DNA of 64,000 bases from Balanoglossus misakiensis (taxonomy: Eukaryota > Animalia > Hemichordata), in the NCBI GenBank assembly GCA_040954595.2, contig CM082583.2:3729060-3793059 (forward strand). The letters run 5' to 3'. The position numbers and the translations under genes were made by a program. Of the stretch, positions 38,974-51,484 are shown in pieces (within the stretch, counting starts at the first letter, position 1; each line of letters opens with the position of its first letter). The notes under the pieces are model-generated. The model had not been told where the DNA came from, did no database searches, and saw only the letters and a list, made by a program, of their open reading frames with translations.

Positions 38974-39054
38974 CAATCTGATTAAAATCAGATGTAGGGA
39001 ACGGCGACGTGGTTTTTTATTTTATTTGACCTACATCTGATTTTAATCAGATTG
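38974..39054. mobile_element. 81-bp hairpin MITE with 10-bp TSD (Mutator-like) in the PIAS 3' UTR
   Basis: 25-bp perfect TIR caatctgattaaaatcagatgtagg; direct repeat attgaagacc at 38964-38973 and 39055-39064. Confidence 0.85.
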
Positions 39055-39274
39055 ATTGAAGACCATGCATGCCAATCGGGTTCCCTGAGCCTTCAGCATG
39101 CTGTTGCTTTATCTGACTCAATGAGTTTTATGCTACAGACTGTTACAAAGATATTGTGACTCATAATATATTTTAACACTCCAAGGCAGCTTTAAAACTT
39201 TGTTTCTATGATGAACCTTTTCATCTCAATATCCAGTTGGTAGGTATTAAAAATAAACCAATGAAGATACATGT

Positions 39275-39441
39275 AATTGAATCGGACCAACTATATGGCT
39301 AAATGGTGGATTTGAGCGTTCTAAAGAACATAGGGCGGCGCTCTTTTTTTCGCATGTGCCACCCACTGAAAATCTGCGATTGGCTAGATCTCAATTTGCC
39401 ATGGTAACTATTGCTAATTTTCCATAGGTGACCATATACCT
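39275..39441 (+). mobile_element. MITE family A copy (5'-truncated)
   Basis: Matches 53260-53443 (gccacccactgaaaatctg.gattggctagatctcaatttgccatggtaact); ends ggtgaccatatacct|ttaa. Confidence 0.85.
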
Positions 39442-39467
39442 TTAAAGGGGAACTTTAGTCTGGCTAA

Positions 39468-39807
39468 TTTTTACCTCTCATGATCACGTCACGTGGGTAA
39501 TGTTGTAGCGATTTCTTTGTGTCCATGTGTATGTATGTGTGCGTGTCTGTCTATCTGTTTACACAATATCTCAAGAATAGCCGATCAGTAGTTTGATTAA
39601 GTTTGGTACAAAAGTTCTATTTTGTAATAGCAAGAACTGATTAGTTTTTGGTGAGAACGGCCAGCAAATTAAGCCAGTTTTGAATAAAAGAAAAATGTTG
39701 ACTTCCTTGGCTGAATTTGCAAGTAAAATTTTCCTAGAGATTAGAGTGTAACCTTCTGGAAATACCACTATATCCCATGAGGACATTCAGTGTATATCTG
39801 CATCAGC
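39468..39807 (+). mobile_element. Helentron/HINE (DINE-1-like) non-autonomous element, tentative
   Basis: Starts at a T-run tttttacc, has an internal gtgt/ctgt microsatellite and an aagtttggtac motif, as in HINE-type repeats. Confidence 0.4.
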
Positions 39808-42800
39808 ATGGGTACATGTGCTAGCTTTGGGTTTGGCTATTCAGGACAAGCAGTTTTGCCATATGTAAGCTTGTGTAATTTTTTTTCACAAAAACGGACA
39901 AAGATTATAGTTGCATTCTGGGGCTTCAACAACTTACTGTACAGCTAGCACATACTAGTATGTAAAACTCAGCCAGACTGTACTCCCCCTGTGCCGTAAA
40001 CTTTTTTTTGGGCCTGATAATACTCAATGATTAAAGGGTGTCTTTAATGGGGTTTGATCATTTTTTTACCATCCATTTTAGATTCAGTGCAACAGTCATA
40101 ATTAGAAACTGTACAGTAGTATGTTATTTTTGACCCTTAAAATTTAGGAAAAATCGATGATCTTTTTGAACTATGAAAATTGTGATCAGAAATTTAGGAC
40201 GTTTAAGTCCTACATGACACCCAAAGATGGCAATTCAACTTGTTAGCATTAGATTCATCATACAGGTTTCTAGGGAGCCTGTTAGTGTTCTTAGCTTAGT
40301 GCTCTCTGAGACTCGGAGAACAACCATTTTTTTCCCAGGTGTTTTAATAGCACTGTTGTTTTTTGTTCATCTGGAAGCAATTTTATACTTTATACAGATT
40401 GGAACCATTTTTCTTTCAACTCAAAGCGTGAAGAATGCCAAAGCAAAATGGCTTTGAATTGTAGAACAATACACTATGGCTGTCAGACAACTACTTTGCT
40501 CCATGCTAATCAGATGTACTATACACAAACAATGTCAATAGCATTTTCCAGTTTACCAGAACAAGTACAGGTCACATTTACCTGTAGGCCACAAGTCAGT
40601 GTGGTTTACTAGTACATGTAATTGGCCATTTTTGTGTGTTATTCTTTACTGTGTTTATCTCTGTACATAATTACTACTTGGACGCCTGGATTGGTAAAAG
40701 CACAAAGCCCTTTTATTTGACAAATGTAGATCCAGTAGCAAATATGGCAACCAATCGCTTCCATTTTGTATTTTGTTTTTTTATGTTGAAATAGTTAACT
40801 CAGATATATGGTACATATACCTTTTGGTTTTGTGACACTTATCCAATTGTTGCCAATTGGTTATGCATTGTCAGTGCCCAGTCTCCGACATAATTGACAA
40901 TAGTTTTCAATATATTTACCTGTAGCTACGTACATCATCAAAAGTCATACTCATAATGTCATGGTCCTATAAAATCACATCTAATCATCATTAGTCTTTT
41001 AGGGAGAATGTTGATTTGATAGGGCTTGTTTTGAAATATATTTTCTTTCTTTCATGATTGAAATTTCTCTAATCTTAGGTACTAGATAACAGGACAATGC
41101 AGAAATGTGCCAAAAAGTTTATGAAACTAAGAGAATTTAAATGTATTATAAAACATATTTTATGTGTTACATTTGTACTTCATTCAAGAGAGCTTTAAAG
41201 TTTTGAATATTTTATGTTATGCCAAAAAATAAAAGTGTTTAGAGAGAAATATTGAAAACAGTCTTGTTTGCTATGTGCATGCATGCATGGCTTCCAACAA
41301 GTCCAAATTGTTCAGAGTTTAGTAGCAATCTAGTGGTCATACAAATCCGTAGAACATGAATGCTCGTGCAGTGGTAGAAATACAGGATGTAGTAAAGTAT
41401 AATGATAGAGAAATATATCAGAAATAAGGTATACATGAATTCATACATTTACAGAAACTGTGGAAGAGAAAAATGAATACATTTTGTTACTGAGTAGACT
41501 CAAGTTTGTTTTCTTGGGTTAAATGTTGTTTTCTTCCATGATGGTCATGAACTTGTAAACATTTAGCATTTGATAAACTTGTTAATGAAGACTGTATCTA
41601 TAAGCTACATGACCCTGCTTGAAATATAAGTATTAAAATACATTATGGTCAAGATCGAAATTTGTCTGTTTGTGTGTGTATTATTGTGCATGCCACGCAT
41701 GTAGTCGGGTATGCTTGTGAACTGTTCATCAAATGGGATACCAGCTAAGATTGCTTCATGATCAGGTTTATGGCTTTCCAAGCAAAATAATCTAATATTT
41801 TTACAACTACCCATTGATCCATCCCCATCAGAGATTAAATTCTTATTTCATCAATCATAACAATAAGTGATATGGGAGTGGTTACAGATTTATATTAGGA
41901 CAGAAATTAATCTGTTCAAACGTGAACTTAAATAATTCTACATATTTTTTTACTTTGCATTTGACCTGCCTGCTTATATATACTAAAATCTCAACATTCT
42001 TTTGTCTATATACCGTAGACTATTGGGACATTGTAAACGTAAATGCAAGTTTTACATGACATATACGAGTATGACACCGCATACAGCACAGCCAGCGGTG
42101 GAAGTGGGACAGGCAAGACGGATGGGGTCATTCAGGGTCAACTCTGCTCAAAGATGGCGGACTTTTCGAAAGGAGCTGTCGACTGCACCTTTGCGGTTTC
42201 ATGAAATATCGAAATGACCGATTCTCTTCATCATTCCTTTTAGTTCCCAGAGTCTATCAGGTAACTACATTTATACTCCAATGAAATCAAATGCAATAAG
42301 TTACTACTAACTAGATGCAGTTTGGGATTTCTTGTAACTTTTAGAAAGTTGTCGTCTGCTATCAGCTCAGGCGGCTGTCTGCTCACTGGTCCGAGCGTCG
42401 AGGTCTTCGACCCAAAGCTTCGCAGTCGCTAAGCTACACCATGTCCATGGCTACACAAAACCTTCTCTAAATGAGTCTTATATTTGCGCGGTATTCTCTG
42501 GTGCTGTCGCCTCACACTACAGGGGGCTCTTCCTCCATGTTTGCAGTGTGTATGTTTGTTTGTTTGTTTGTTTGTTTGTTTGATGCTATAGATTGATGTA
42601 ATAAACAAAAAATGTTTGAAAAATGTGTTTATTTACAAATATTGTCACGTTTGTATATACTGGCTTTTTTTAATAATGGAAATGGCATATAGAAAAAAGA
42701 TTGCCACTGAGAAAAAAAATGTTTTCGAGAGCTTTTTTTTTTTTTTTTTTTTTTGCCTTTTTACTGGTATTTAGGCATAAAATTTGACCACGTACAATGC

Positions 42801-42952
42801 TTTGCAGGACTTGAGCAATGTATTATTCAACCTACATGTAATGTGTATGTACGTTTACAATAATATTTGCATGTATTAACTTGACAAAGTGTTGTTTACT
42901 TCCACTTTGCCAGAAATGTAAACCATAGATTTTGAAGTTAAACTAAGAAAAC

Positions 42953-45900
42953 ATGCCATCTGACCACGAGCAAAGACGAGGCAGAACCCTTAGGGGAAGA
43001 AAGAAAAAACGCAAGTCAAGATCAGAAAGAAACAAGCTGATAACACACAGAGACCACAGCAAAGATAAAAAAGTAAGTATAAATGTATACTTTGAGGAGG
43101 AGGATAATGCTTTTAGTATGAAAATTGACCCTACGATATTTTATCAAAGGGCTACAAATGAGTTGGGTAGCAGTTTGTGAGGGTTCTGTGGGTATTTCAT
43201 TCAATTGATAAAAATTTAGCTTTTTTGCACGGTCTTTTGAGGTGAAAATTAGTCAACAATGAAAAAACAATGCCTGTTTATACCTACCTTGAAAAATTAG
43301 TGTATGCATAGTAATTTCCTTTATTTAACTTGAGTTCATTTTTCTGGGTTTTTTTTAAATAACAGTGTATATACAATTTTGCTGACAGTATAGACAAATT
43401 TCAGAATATTGTGTTAAATTGTTAATGCAGAGTGACAGTTGTACTTTTTAAAATAAACTTACTCAAAATCGTCCCTTTAAGATGCAAAACAAACACTTCC
43501 GGTACAACAAACTTTGGTGACAGAAATAAGATCTATAGAAAGAGTTTTCCATATGTGTATTGCTCTTTGTTGTAAGAGATTGAAAACATGTTGTCACAAA
43601 CCTCACGATTTTAGCAAGTATGTTTTTTGTTCGTTCAGAAAATGGTCACAAAATTTGTTGTGATGACAGAGCTAAATGTGGAAAAGTGTTAGTGATCTCA
43701 CATCTGCTGTCTGGTTCTTTAAATTGTACATATTGCGACTGATCAGTAAGGTTTTTGATTTGCCCCAAAACAGTCTGCTGATCCAATGTTGAAACAGGAT
43801 GTTAGAAGACATCTTAGCAGAGCAGAAGATGTTTCGATGGTGAGAAATGTAATTTGTTAAAGTTTAATATAAGTGATTTATAATATACAAAGGCAGACAT
43901 TCCGATTTTTTTTTAAAATATCAGTGAAGTGGAAAAGTATCATCATAGTCACAAAGTAGTCTAGTAGAGGCAAGCATGTTTTATTAGTTTCCATAGTTTC
44001 CATTTTCCAGTTATTAGGTATTTGCCAAGCTGCCATGTTTTGCATGTCTCTGAAAAATGAATGAAATTTTTACAGGAATATGTGATTTATAATAATACTA
44101 TCATTACCAGAATCTCTAGGCTATAGAATAAAGACATTAACATACATTGAAATGATTTCTTCAACTTTTTTACATATTTTATGCCCCCTAAATAATGTAC
44201 CGGTAAATGCTTGCTTCTGAACCAGATTTTTTGGAAGTATATATGTTATTCCCATGGACAAGGTGTTAGGTCACCTACAGGTGGTAATTCTATCATCATG
44301 CATAAAAACTTTGCTCATTTAATTGTGTATCTGCCAAATGTTTCAAAATTATGAGTCACAAAATATGGTCATAATTATAGATTTACATCATTGTCTTTTC
44401 AGCACCAAAGAACAGAGAGAAATATCAAAGAGAAGAGTGCCTTTGCTGTAATAACACAAAACAGACTCACAGTATGTATGAAACATTTGTGAAACCCCAA
44501 CATTTTTTTCCCATTAGATGCTTTTCTATCATCATCATATCCTGCAAATAGTGTCAGAGAAATGGAAAGGATGTACTGATAGTATTAAGACAAGAGAACA
44601 CTCTAGCTGCCACACTGTATGCCAGTGTGAAAACCACTTGGTTACTAATATACAGTCACCTCTAATTTATGAGCTTGATGTTTAAATTTTTCCATCTTTT
44701 CCAGAGAGGTGTTGGAATATTTAACAAAGGAAAGAAATCTGACACAATTTTGAGAGGTAATTAACAGTATTCTGTGCATAAATGCCAAGGAAATGTAAAC
44801 AACCACACCATTTAAAGCATGTTAATTATGAATATTATTGATAAATGTAAATAGAAAATTCACGTAAAAGACTAGCTTGATTATAGCAGTCGTTTGAGTC
44901 GTGTCATAAAAATCCCTCCTTCCCCTATATGAAAGTTTGACAGTGCACAATTGTGATGAAGAACTTTGCACTTTGACATGCGATAAACACTCCCGAAAAA
45001 CAATCATTGTTCCAACCCAAAGTATTGGCCTGGCAGTCTTAAAGCTTTTACACCAAAACTTTGTCTATGGTAATCAAAATACAGCTTAACCCCCACCCCT
45101 AAAAATTCCATGGTTCTTAACTGTATGATACCCATTCACAGGTTCACTGCCTATACCAGAAAAGACCAAACTGAAGACAGCAGAGGAGATGAAGAAGATT
45201 TTAGATTTATCGGATGCTGGGCTGAACCAAGTTGCTAAATTAGATAGCTTGGATCAACATCTTGAAGACAGAGACAAGGAAGTTATAATGGATTGGCAAG
45301 AGAGCGACACCTTAACGCGTGATAGAAGTTATCCAGAACTAGACTTGCACCACAGAGGAGCTGCAGCAAGAAGTCCTTCTACTTTCAGAAGCCATTCAGG
45401 GATACCCCCAGCAAGGTTATGTTAATTCTCCTTGCTTGGCAACTGTTGTCCAGCAGTTTATAATCCAACAGTACCTTGAGATATTGAGATTCATATTCTC
45501 AGTTCAAGGAGACAAAGTTCAGATTTATTTTTGTATACATGTACGGTACATGTAGAAAATACTAAAGTTGTTCTTGTCATTACGTTGTAGTTGTTGTCCA
45601 GAGATGGATGCAGTCATGGAGATTGAGGAAAATCCTGGAAAGACTGAATCACCAGATGAGATGCCTCAAGTAAGAAATCAGTTGATGATATTGTCATTAC
45701 AGTAGACGCAGATAAATACTGGTGTTAATTATTAGTCATTGCCTGGATTTTTATGAGCAATGTAATTTAGTTTTTGACAGGAATTCTGGAGAAAGGCAGT
45801 TTAGTGTGTCTAAATTTGGTGCATGGGCATGATTGTGCAACAAAAATACATTGTGTACTGTTATATAGATAAGGTTGTGTCTGTCTATGCATCTGTCATC

Positions 45901-48900
45901 AGCCTTTTCTTAGGCATTTGTGAAGCGATGCCTGAGAAGAACTTAGCCTGAGTATAGTACCCTGTGGTCTCTTAATGCACACCACTCACTTTCACAAAAC
46001 AATCCAATTAGGCCACCAATGAGTGGCAAGATTCACTCATTTTAAAACGGATCTGATAATTAGTTATACACGTCAGAACTTGCCGGTTAAACCATATTGC
46101 ATTGCCCTACTTCCATATGTAGATCTTTTACACTTTGCCTGAGTCTGTGTGATTCATTTATGTTCTAGGAAATACCCTTTCAAGAAATTGCAAAGAGACT
46201 GATTTCATGTGTAGATGTCACCAGTACATTTCCTGGAAGAGGTAAATGTTTGTACAATTTCTTAATTTATTTTGACATTTTAAGCCATCTGTATGATAAT
46301 AATTATGCTAAAGTACTGGTAATACAATATTCTATTGGTTGTCCTAAGTATACAGTACATGTGAATTGAGAAAATAGAACAAAGTCAGGCCATCCATTTA
46401 AACTTCTTAACATTACAGCTAATATCCCTTTAATGTGATGTTTTTGTACTATAGATTACCTGTTAGAAACTAGAGATAAGTTACAGAAAACAATGAAACG
46501 CAGGTAAGTACCAAAAATTCCACCTTTACCAGAGGTTGCTGTCGTCCTGGAAAATATAATGACAATTTCCATCCATTGTTACACCAGGTATAGCAACTAC
46601 AGTCTTTGGAAAACACCTGGAGACTACATGATACTCTATCATTAACCCTAACGCTGCCAAGTCAGTATGAACTGGTTTGATTTCCAGGGTGCCTAGAATC
46701 CGGGCTCCCAGGCCCGTTAGGCTGCCAAGTGTGTGTTAATCAGTAGGGCCTATACAAGACCCTCAAACCAAACCAGTACGATTTGGTACATTTTTCAGGG
46801 GGCTCAGACTGCCAAGTGTGTCTAAGTACGTATGAGAGCCATGTCAAGACAGTCAAAATACGTTTTAGAAGAAAAAGTGGCAAATACGTATTTTAAGGGA
46901 CTTGACACTCTAACCAGATATGACACCCAGTAGCATTAGGGTTAAGTCAAATCTTATCTTTTGTTTGTAGTGGATACAGAGGTATAGCACCCATATCCTT
47001 CACGAATGTCTTGCATAATGTTATTTATCAAGTTCACACACTCAATTTGCAATCAATCTTTTTAAAGCCCCAATAGCTGCCAATGTTTGGTTGTTCAGAT
47101 GTAATCATGGTTGTATAGGTATACTGACAAACATCATGCACGTATTTAATGTGAAATACTGGGTATTAGTGAGCACAAATTGTCGACAAGAACCCAGTAG
47201 TTATGCAGTGGATAACAACCTCAAACCTCATTGGGCTATAATTTAATGGATTTTGCCGGTAGTTTATAACCATTTATACATTTAATTTTAACATACAACT
47301 ATATACCAACAGCAAATTTTCTACATATCTGATGTATAGGTTAGTTAAATGTCATTCCACGCTTATAACAAAATTGTATTGACAATTTATGTAATGAATG
47401 ACTACCGACCGACAGGTGCTACATTGCTATTGTTTCACTTTGCAGTATGATGCACACACCACCGAATGAAATCTGTTTGACCAAGACAAGTGATGGCATA
47501 GTTAAGCGCTCACTGCAACAATCTATAGACAATCAAGGTAATATGGAGGACAACCTTATTTCTTAATTAATATTTGAATGGTCATGGCATGCATGTTCTA
47601 CACTAAGTCTTGTTTTTTTCATTTTTCTTCTATGATCCTGTATTTGACAGATGAAACTCAAATCATATCCTATAGTATTTTATGTTTAATCAGATCATGG
47701 AGATGTAGAAAAATCTTGTTACAAATAGCAAAAATAGAGTACATTGTGTAATATTTATGTAAATGTCCCTGCTTTTTCAATGAATCAATAATTGTTACAT
47801 ACACATATTTTTGTTGACAGCAGATTCCTTTGCTGACAGCCAACTATTTCATGCATCCTTGATCCAATTAAGTCTGCCGAGAACAGCTTTAACTCTTGTA
47901 TCTGTGGTCATTACCCAAATACATACTTTATATACCTAAACTGTGCAATGCTCTGTAATTTGCACATGCACATAAGTACCCTAGCATTTTCACATGATGA
48001 CTCATGCATATTTTCATGCAATTCAGATACACTTTCAGTGCTACAACATTGGTTCAGGACAATGTGGTTTTACAATGATATGTTTATTGCATCTCTAGCT
48101 GCTGCAAATGAAGGAATGTCTTCTCAGTTCCCCAAACCTAAATCAATGGAGTGTGAGCAATCAAAGCCAATACCAAGATCAGCTTGTGCAACTTCAGCAG
48201 TTGGAAATGTAGTTCACAACATCCCACCTGAAAGTAAGAACATCACTCACCAAGAAGCGCATAACTCTAATGTTACATGGCAAAAATGTGAGAAAGAATG
48301 TGAGAAAATGCAGTCAGGTTATCACGACAATTTGTGTCTATCTCCATGGCAACAGACTCAGGAATTAAATCATGGCGGTCTCCCTTCCAAGGTATGACAT
48401 CCAATACTTCTTAACACTTTATTTTTAATTTCAACAAACTTTGGAATGTTTACATAGATACTTGTAAACATTTTGAATATTCATGAGCATTTTTTGCATA
48501 AGATTCAGAGTGGGTCATTTCCAAAAGTGGCATTGCCATGTTAGGATATGATTCCCAGAATTCGCCAATCACCAATCGAATCAGGCCATCAATAAAATTG
48601 CAGTCAGCATGCAGGCTTTTTGGCCATCTCATGTAAACCAACAATTACCAAAACTTCTTGATTTTCATCATAATTCTTCGCTATCGAATGACGTCAGACT
48701 CGTTTCGTCGCAGTTACATTGGCATTCAAATTTCCAGCTGACGGGCAACTTCAGCAACATGGTGCAGATGATGTCTGTGCAGATGAAACGCCAAGACGCT
48801 GATGAGGCACCATACCTGATACATGTTACGTGTCTGGTGGTTCTAAAGTATGAACGCACCTGGAAAAACTTTTACTGGATGCCACCATGTTGTTTGCCTG

Positions 48901-50148
48901 TCACCTGGAAATGACAATGCCGTGGGTCACATGGCCAGATCACGTGATTGATATTTAAGAATAGTGGTGGTGGTGGTGGTGGTACCGTCACTGTTTATTT
49001 ACCCACTGATGTCTTTATGGATCATTTTTTCTGGGTATGTTCAATGACATATATGTTCTTTTACAGGGAAACAGTGAAGCTGAACACTTTAAAATACTTA
49101 AACCACAACCTACTACAAGATTAATATCCGAGCTTTTCCCCTGCGATGGTGGTAATAACATGAATTGGCCATCAGCAGCTGCAGTTGATTGTTCAGAATC
49201 TGTGAGTGTGATATAGCTTTAACCCTGGTCAATAGAATAGAAGAGTAACCTTATACTTTCATGCTTTGTGTAATTTTTGGCAATTATTTTCTACAAAAAA
49301 GTGTGTGTGCATGCAATTCTTCGCTATCAAATGACGTCAGACGCGTTCAGTTGGCAGTTACGTTCGCGTTCAGATTTCCAGATGACGGGCAACTTCAGCA
49401 ACGTGGACTTACGTGGTGCAGACAAAGACTGTGCAGACGAAATGCAATGAGGCTGATGAGGCAACATACCCGATACATGTTATGTGTTTGGCGGTTCTAA
49501 AGTAAAAACATACTCGGAAAAACTTTTACTGGATGCCGAAATATTGCTTGCCCGTCATCTGGAAATGACTGCGCCATGTGACACATTGCCAGATCACGTG
49601 ATTGATAGTAAAGAATGCATTCAAAATACAAATATGTAGTAAAGTTGCACATTTTGAAAAGTTGGCTGTAGAGATACGAAAAACCAACTAAGAATCCTTT
49701 CACTGTTACATGATGATGATGACGATGATGATGATGATGATGATTATGATGATGATGATGATGACGACGACAATGATGATGATGATCATCATCATCACTA
49801 ACAACACAACCCACCAAGTATCACATATTCACAATAATGGATTCAAATCAGCTAGCCGCACTAATGTTACTGATTCCTGAATGTTCTTGTTTTTGTGTGT
49901 GTTTTTTCCAGTTTGCTTGGCATGACACTAGGAGAGATTTGCTTGATGACATTGAGCAAGGTCAGTCTGGATATCTTGTGCATAACCATAGATACCATGT
50001 AGGATATCAGCAGTCTATACTGAGACCATACCTAGACTCTGATACAGACTCAACACCAGTCTATGCTCAAGTACTGCCTCTGCCACAAAAACCGGCCAGT
50101 GGAACACCCACTCCTGACAAGCTTTACAGGCCAATGCGTATGTTCTAA
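42953..50148 (+). CDS. PRR19: PRR19-like protein (proline-rich 19; CNTD1 partner in meiotic crossover maturation)
   Basis: Exons 42953-43072, 44403-44471, 44705-44756, 45142-45415, 45591-45669, 46169-46241, 46455-46503, 47446-47537, 48099-48391, 49067-49201, 49912-50148 join in frame; a 5' UTR exon ends at 42260. Four blocks match recalled human PRR19 in order: KKRKSRSERNK (RRRKTRRERNK), VITQNRLTRGVGIFNKGKKS ([21 protein letters not shown]), FPGRDYLLETRD (FPRRNLIQDARD), terminal PMRMF* (PMRLY*). Confidence 0.75.
46646..46941. mobile_element. piggyBac-like MITE
   Basis: TTAA|CCCTAACGCT ... AGCATTAGGG|TTAA. Confidence 0.8.
48672..49607 (+). repeat. Two diverged direct copies (about 285 bp) of repeat family D: 48672-48953 and 49315-49607
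   Basis: Both start aattcttcgctatc.aatgacgtcagac and end gccagatcacgtgattgata; internal inverted repeat atttccag.tgacgggcaa / ttgcc.gtca.ctggaaat. Confidence 0.85.
49710..49797. repeat. (GAT)n/(CAT)n trinucleotide microsatellite
   Basis: Imperfect atgatgatg run; explains the spurious poly-His ORF 49497-49817. Confidence 0.9.
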
Positions 50149-50719
50149 TGACTTCCCTAGATGGAACCTCAGACGTATAGGCTATAGCGTACTTTATTAA
50201 AATGTAAACTTATTAATATATACTTTTTGAGTTTTTATGGCTTTAATTTTATAAATTTATTTCATCAGATAGAAGCAAGTTCGTGTTCATTGTTTGTTAC
50301 ATGCTAGAGAATACCCTTTTGTAACTTTTGATGAGATTTTAGTGTTTTGCTTGGATAGCTAGCCATGAGTGACTCCCACTTTTCCTTGCAATTATCACAT
50401 TTATTCAGTCAGTCATGGTTGTCTGAAAAAAGTATGTTCTGTATATTTAAAATTCACATGATTCAAAAAATAAAAATTGAGTTTTCTCTGTAGAAACATG
50501 ACTTGTTCTGGTTATCATTGCCCTGCGATCAAACCGCAATCACGGTCACTCCACACTAGGTGGGGTTCAATACATGTATTGATGTGACTAGTACAAAATC
50601 TAGCCTGGATACAATGCATTTTAGGACTAAACAATTTGTTATATCAACAAACCACATGACAAACTGTTGCTAGATCAACTATAGATACTTGTAACCAGAT
50701 GCTGCACCCGTTGCATTGG

Positions 50720-51340
50720 TAGTTGTGGGGAAATCCGTGGACGAATGGATTTACGGTCACGTGACTAAAAAAACGATCACCTGACAAAACTTGTGTGACG
50801 TAGCACAACAAGGGGTTTTCCCCAACTTGTAATTTTAACTTCCGTGTTCGCGGAAACACATCCCCGTTCGGTGAGTAATGATGGCGTCTTCTGCGATGGA
50901 CACCAACTGATTATATTTTCTGTTTTGCGTGCTTGTTAGCCATACGATACAGTTGTTTCTTAAAATACTTCCATGTCGCCGGTGTTCCAGGGTCGCGATA
51001 CTACTTCTAACGAGCCCTTTGGCATGTTTGGACGAACGAACTGACTCCAGTCTCCAATCCAACTTCCAAGTGGCATTGGTTATCAGATAGCAGTTCAACA
51101 GAATACAACTAGATTTCAAGGAACTGATAGATAGTCGTGATACGAGAGTAAACGGTGCTGTTTAAACGGTGAGTATCAAAAAAAAGATTTGTACAGGTAT
51201 GCCAACTTCACAGCATATTCTGTAGTGGAGTTAATTTCAATGACTGGCGAATATTTGTGTTTGTATCGGAAGGTAGAATGTTAATCTGATAGTGTACGTA
51301 CTACGTCAATCTGAACCGTTTATAACTGTGGGGAAAGTCC
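50720..51340 (+). promoter_or_regulatory. Putative MALT1 promoter and non-coding first exon (donor G|GTGAGT near 51168)
   Basis: CpG-enriched; palindromic E-box GTCACGTGAC 50756-50765; kB-like GGGGTTTTCC 50812-50821; ETS-like ACTTCCG near 50839; GGGGAAAGTCC 51330-51340. Confidence 0.5.
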
Positions 51341-51484
51341 GAATTCTATGTGCATGACATAATCCATATCATCATACGACCGTGTTATTTTCACTTTGCG
51401 CCATTCATGTTTGCATTGTCTTCCTTTACAGGTCACAGGATATTCTCTGTTGAACGAGTGTAAAGTACTTATCTGGCCAACACC

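Noticed and set aside
41605-41814. Minus-strand ORF with protein-like stretch HKPDHEAILAGIPFDEQFTSIPDYMR, upstream of and divergent from the PRR19-like gene
   Set aside because: No convincing donor or partner exons and no recognised family; a tBLASTn or RNA-seq check would settle it
42154-42260. ATGGCG at 42154 as the start codon of the PRR19-like gene
   Set aside because: Stops after 16 codons; more likely a YY1-type motif or uORF in a 5' UTR exon, with the main ORF starting at 42953
49497-49817. Poly-His ORF
   Set aside because: Translation of the (GAT)n microsatellite inside an intron
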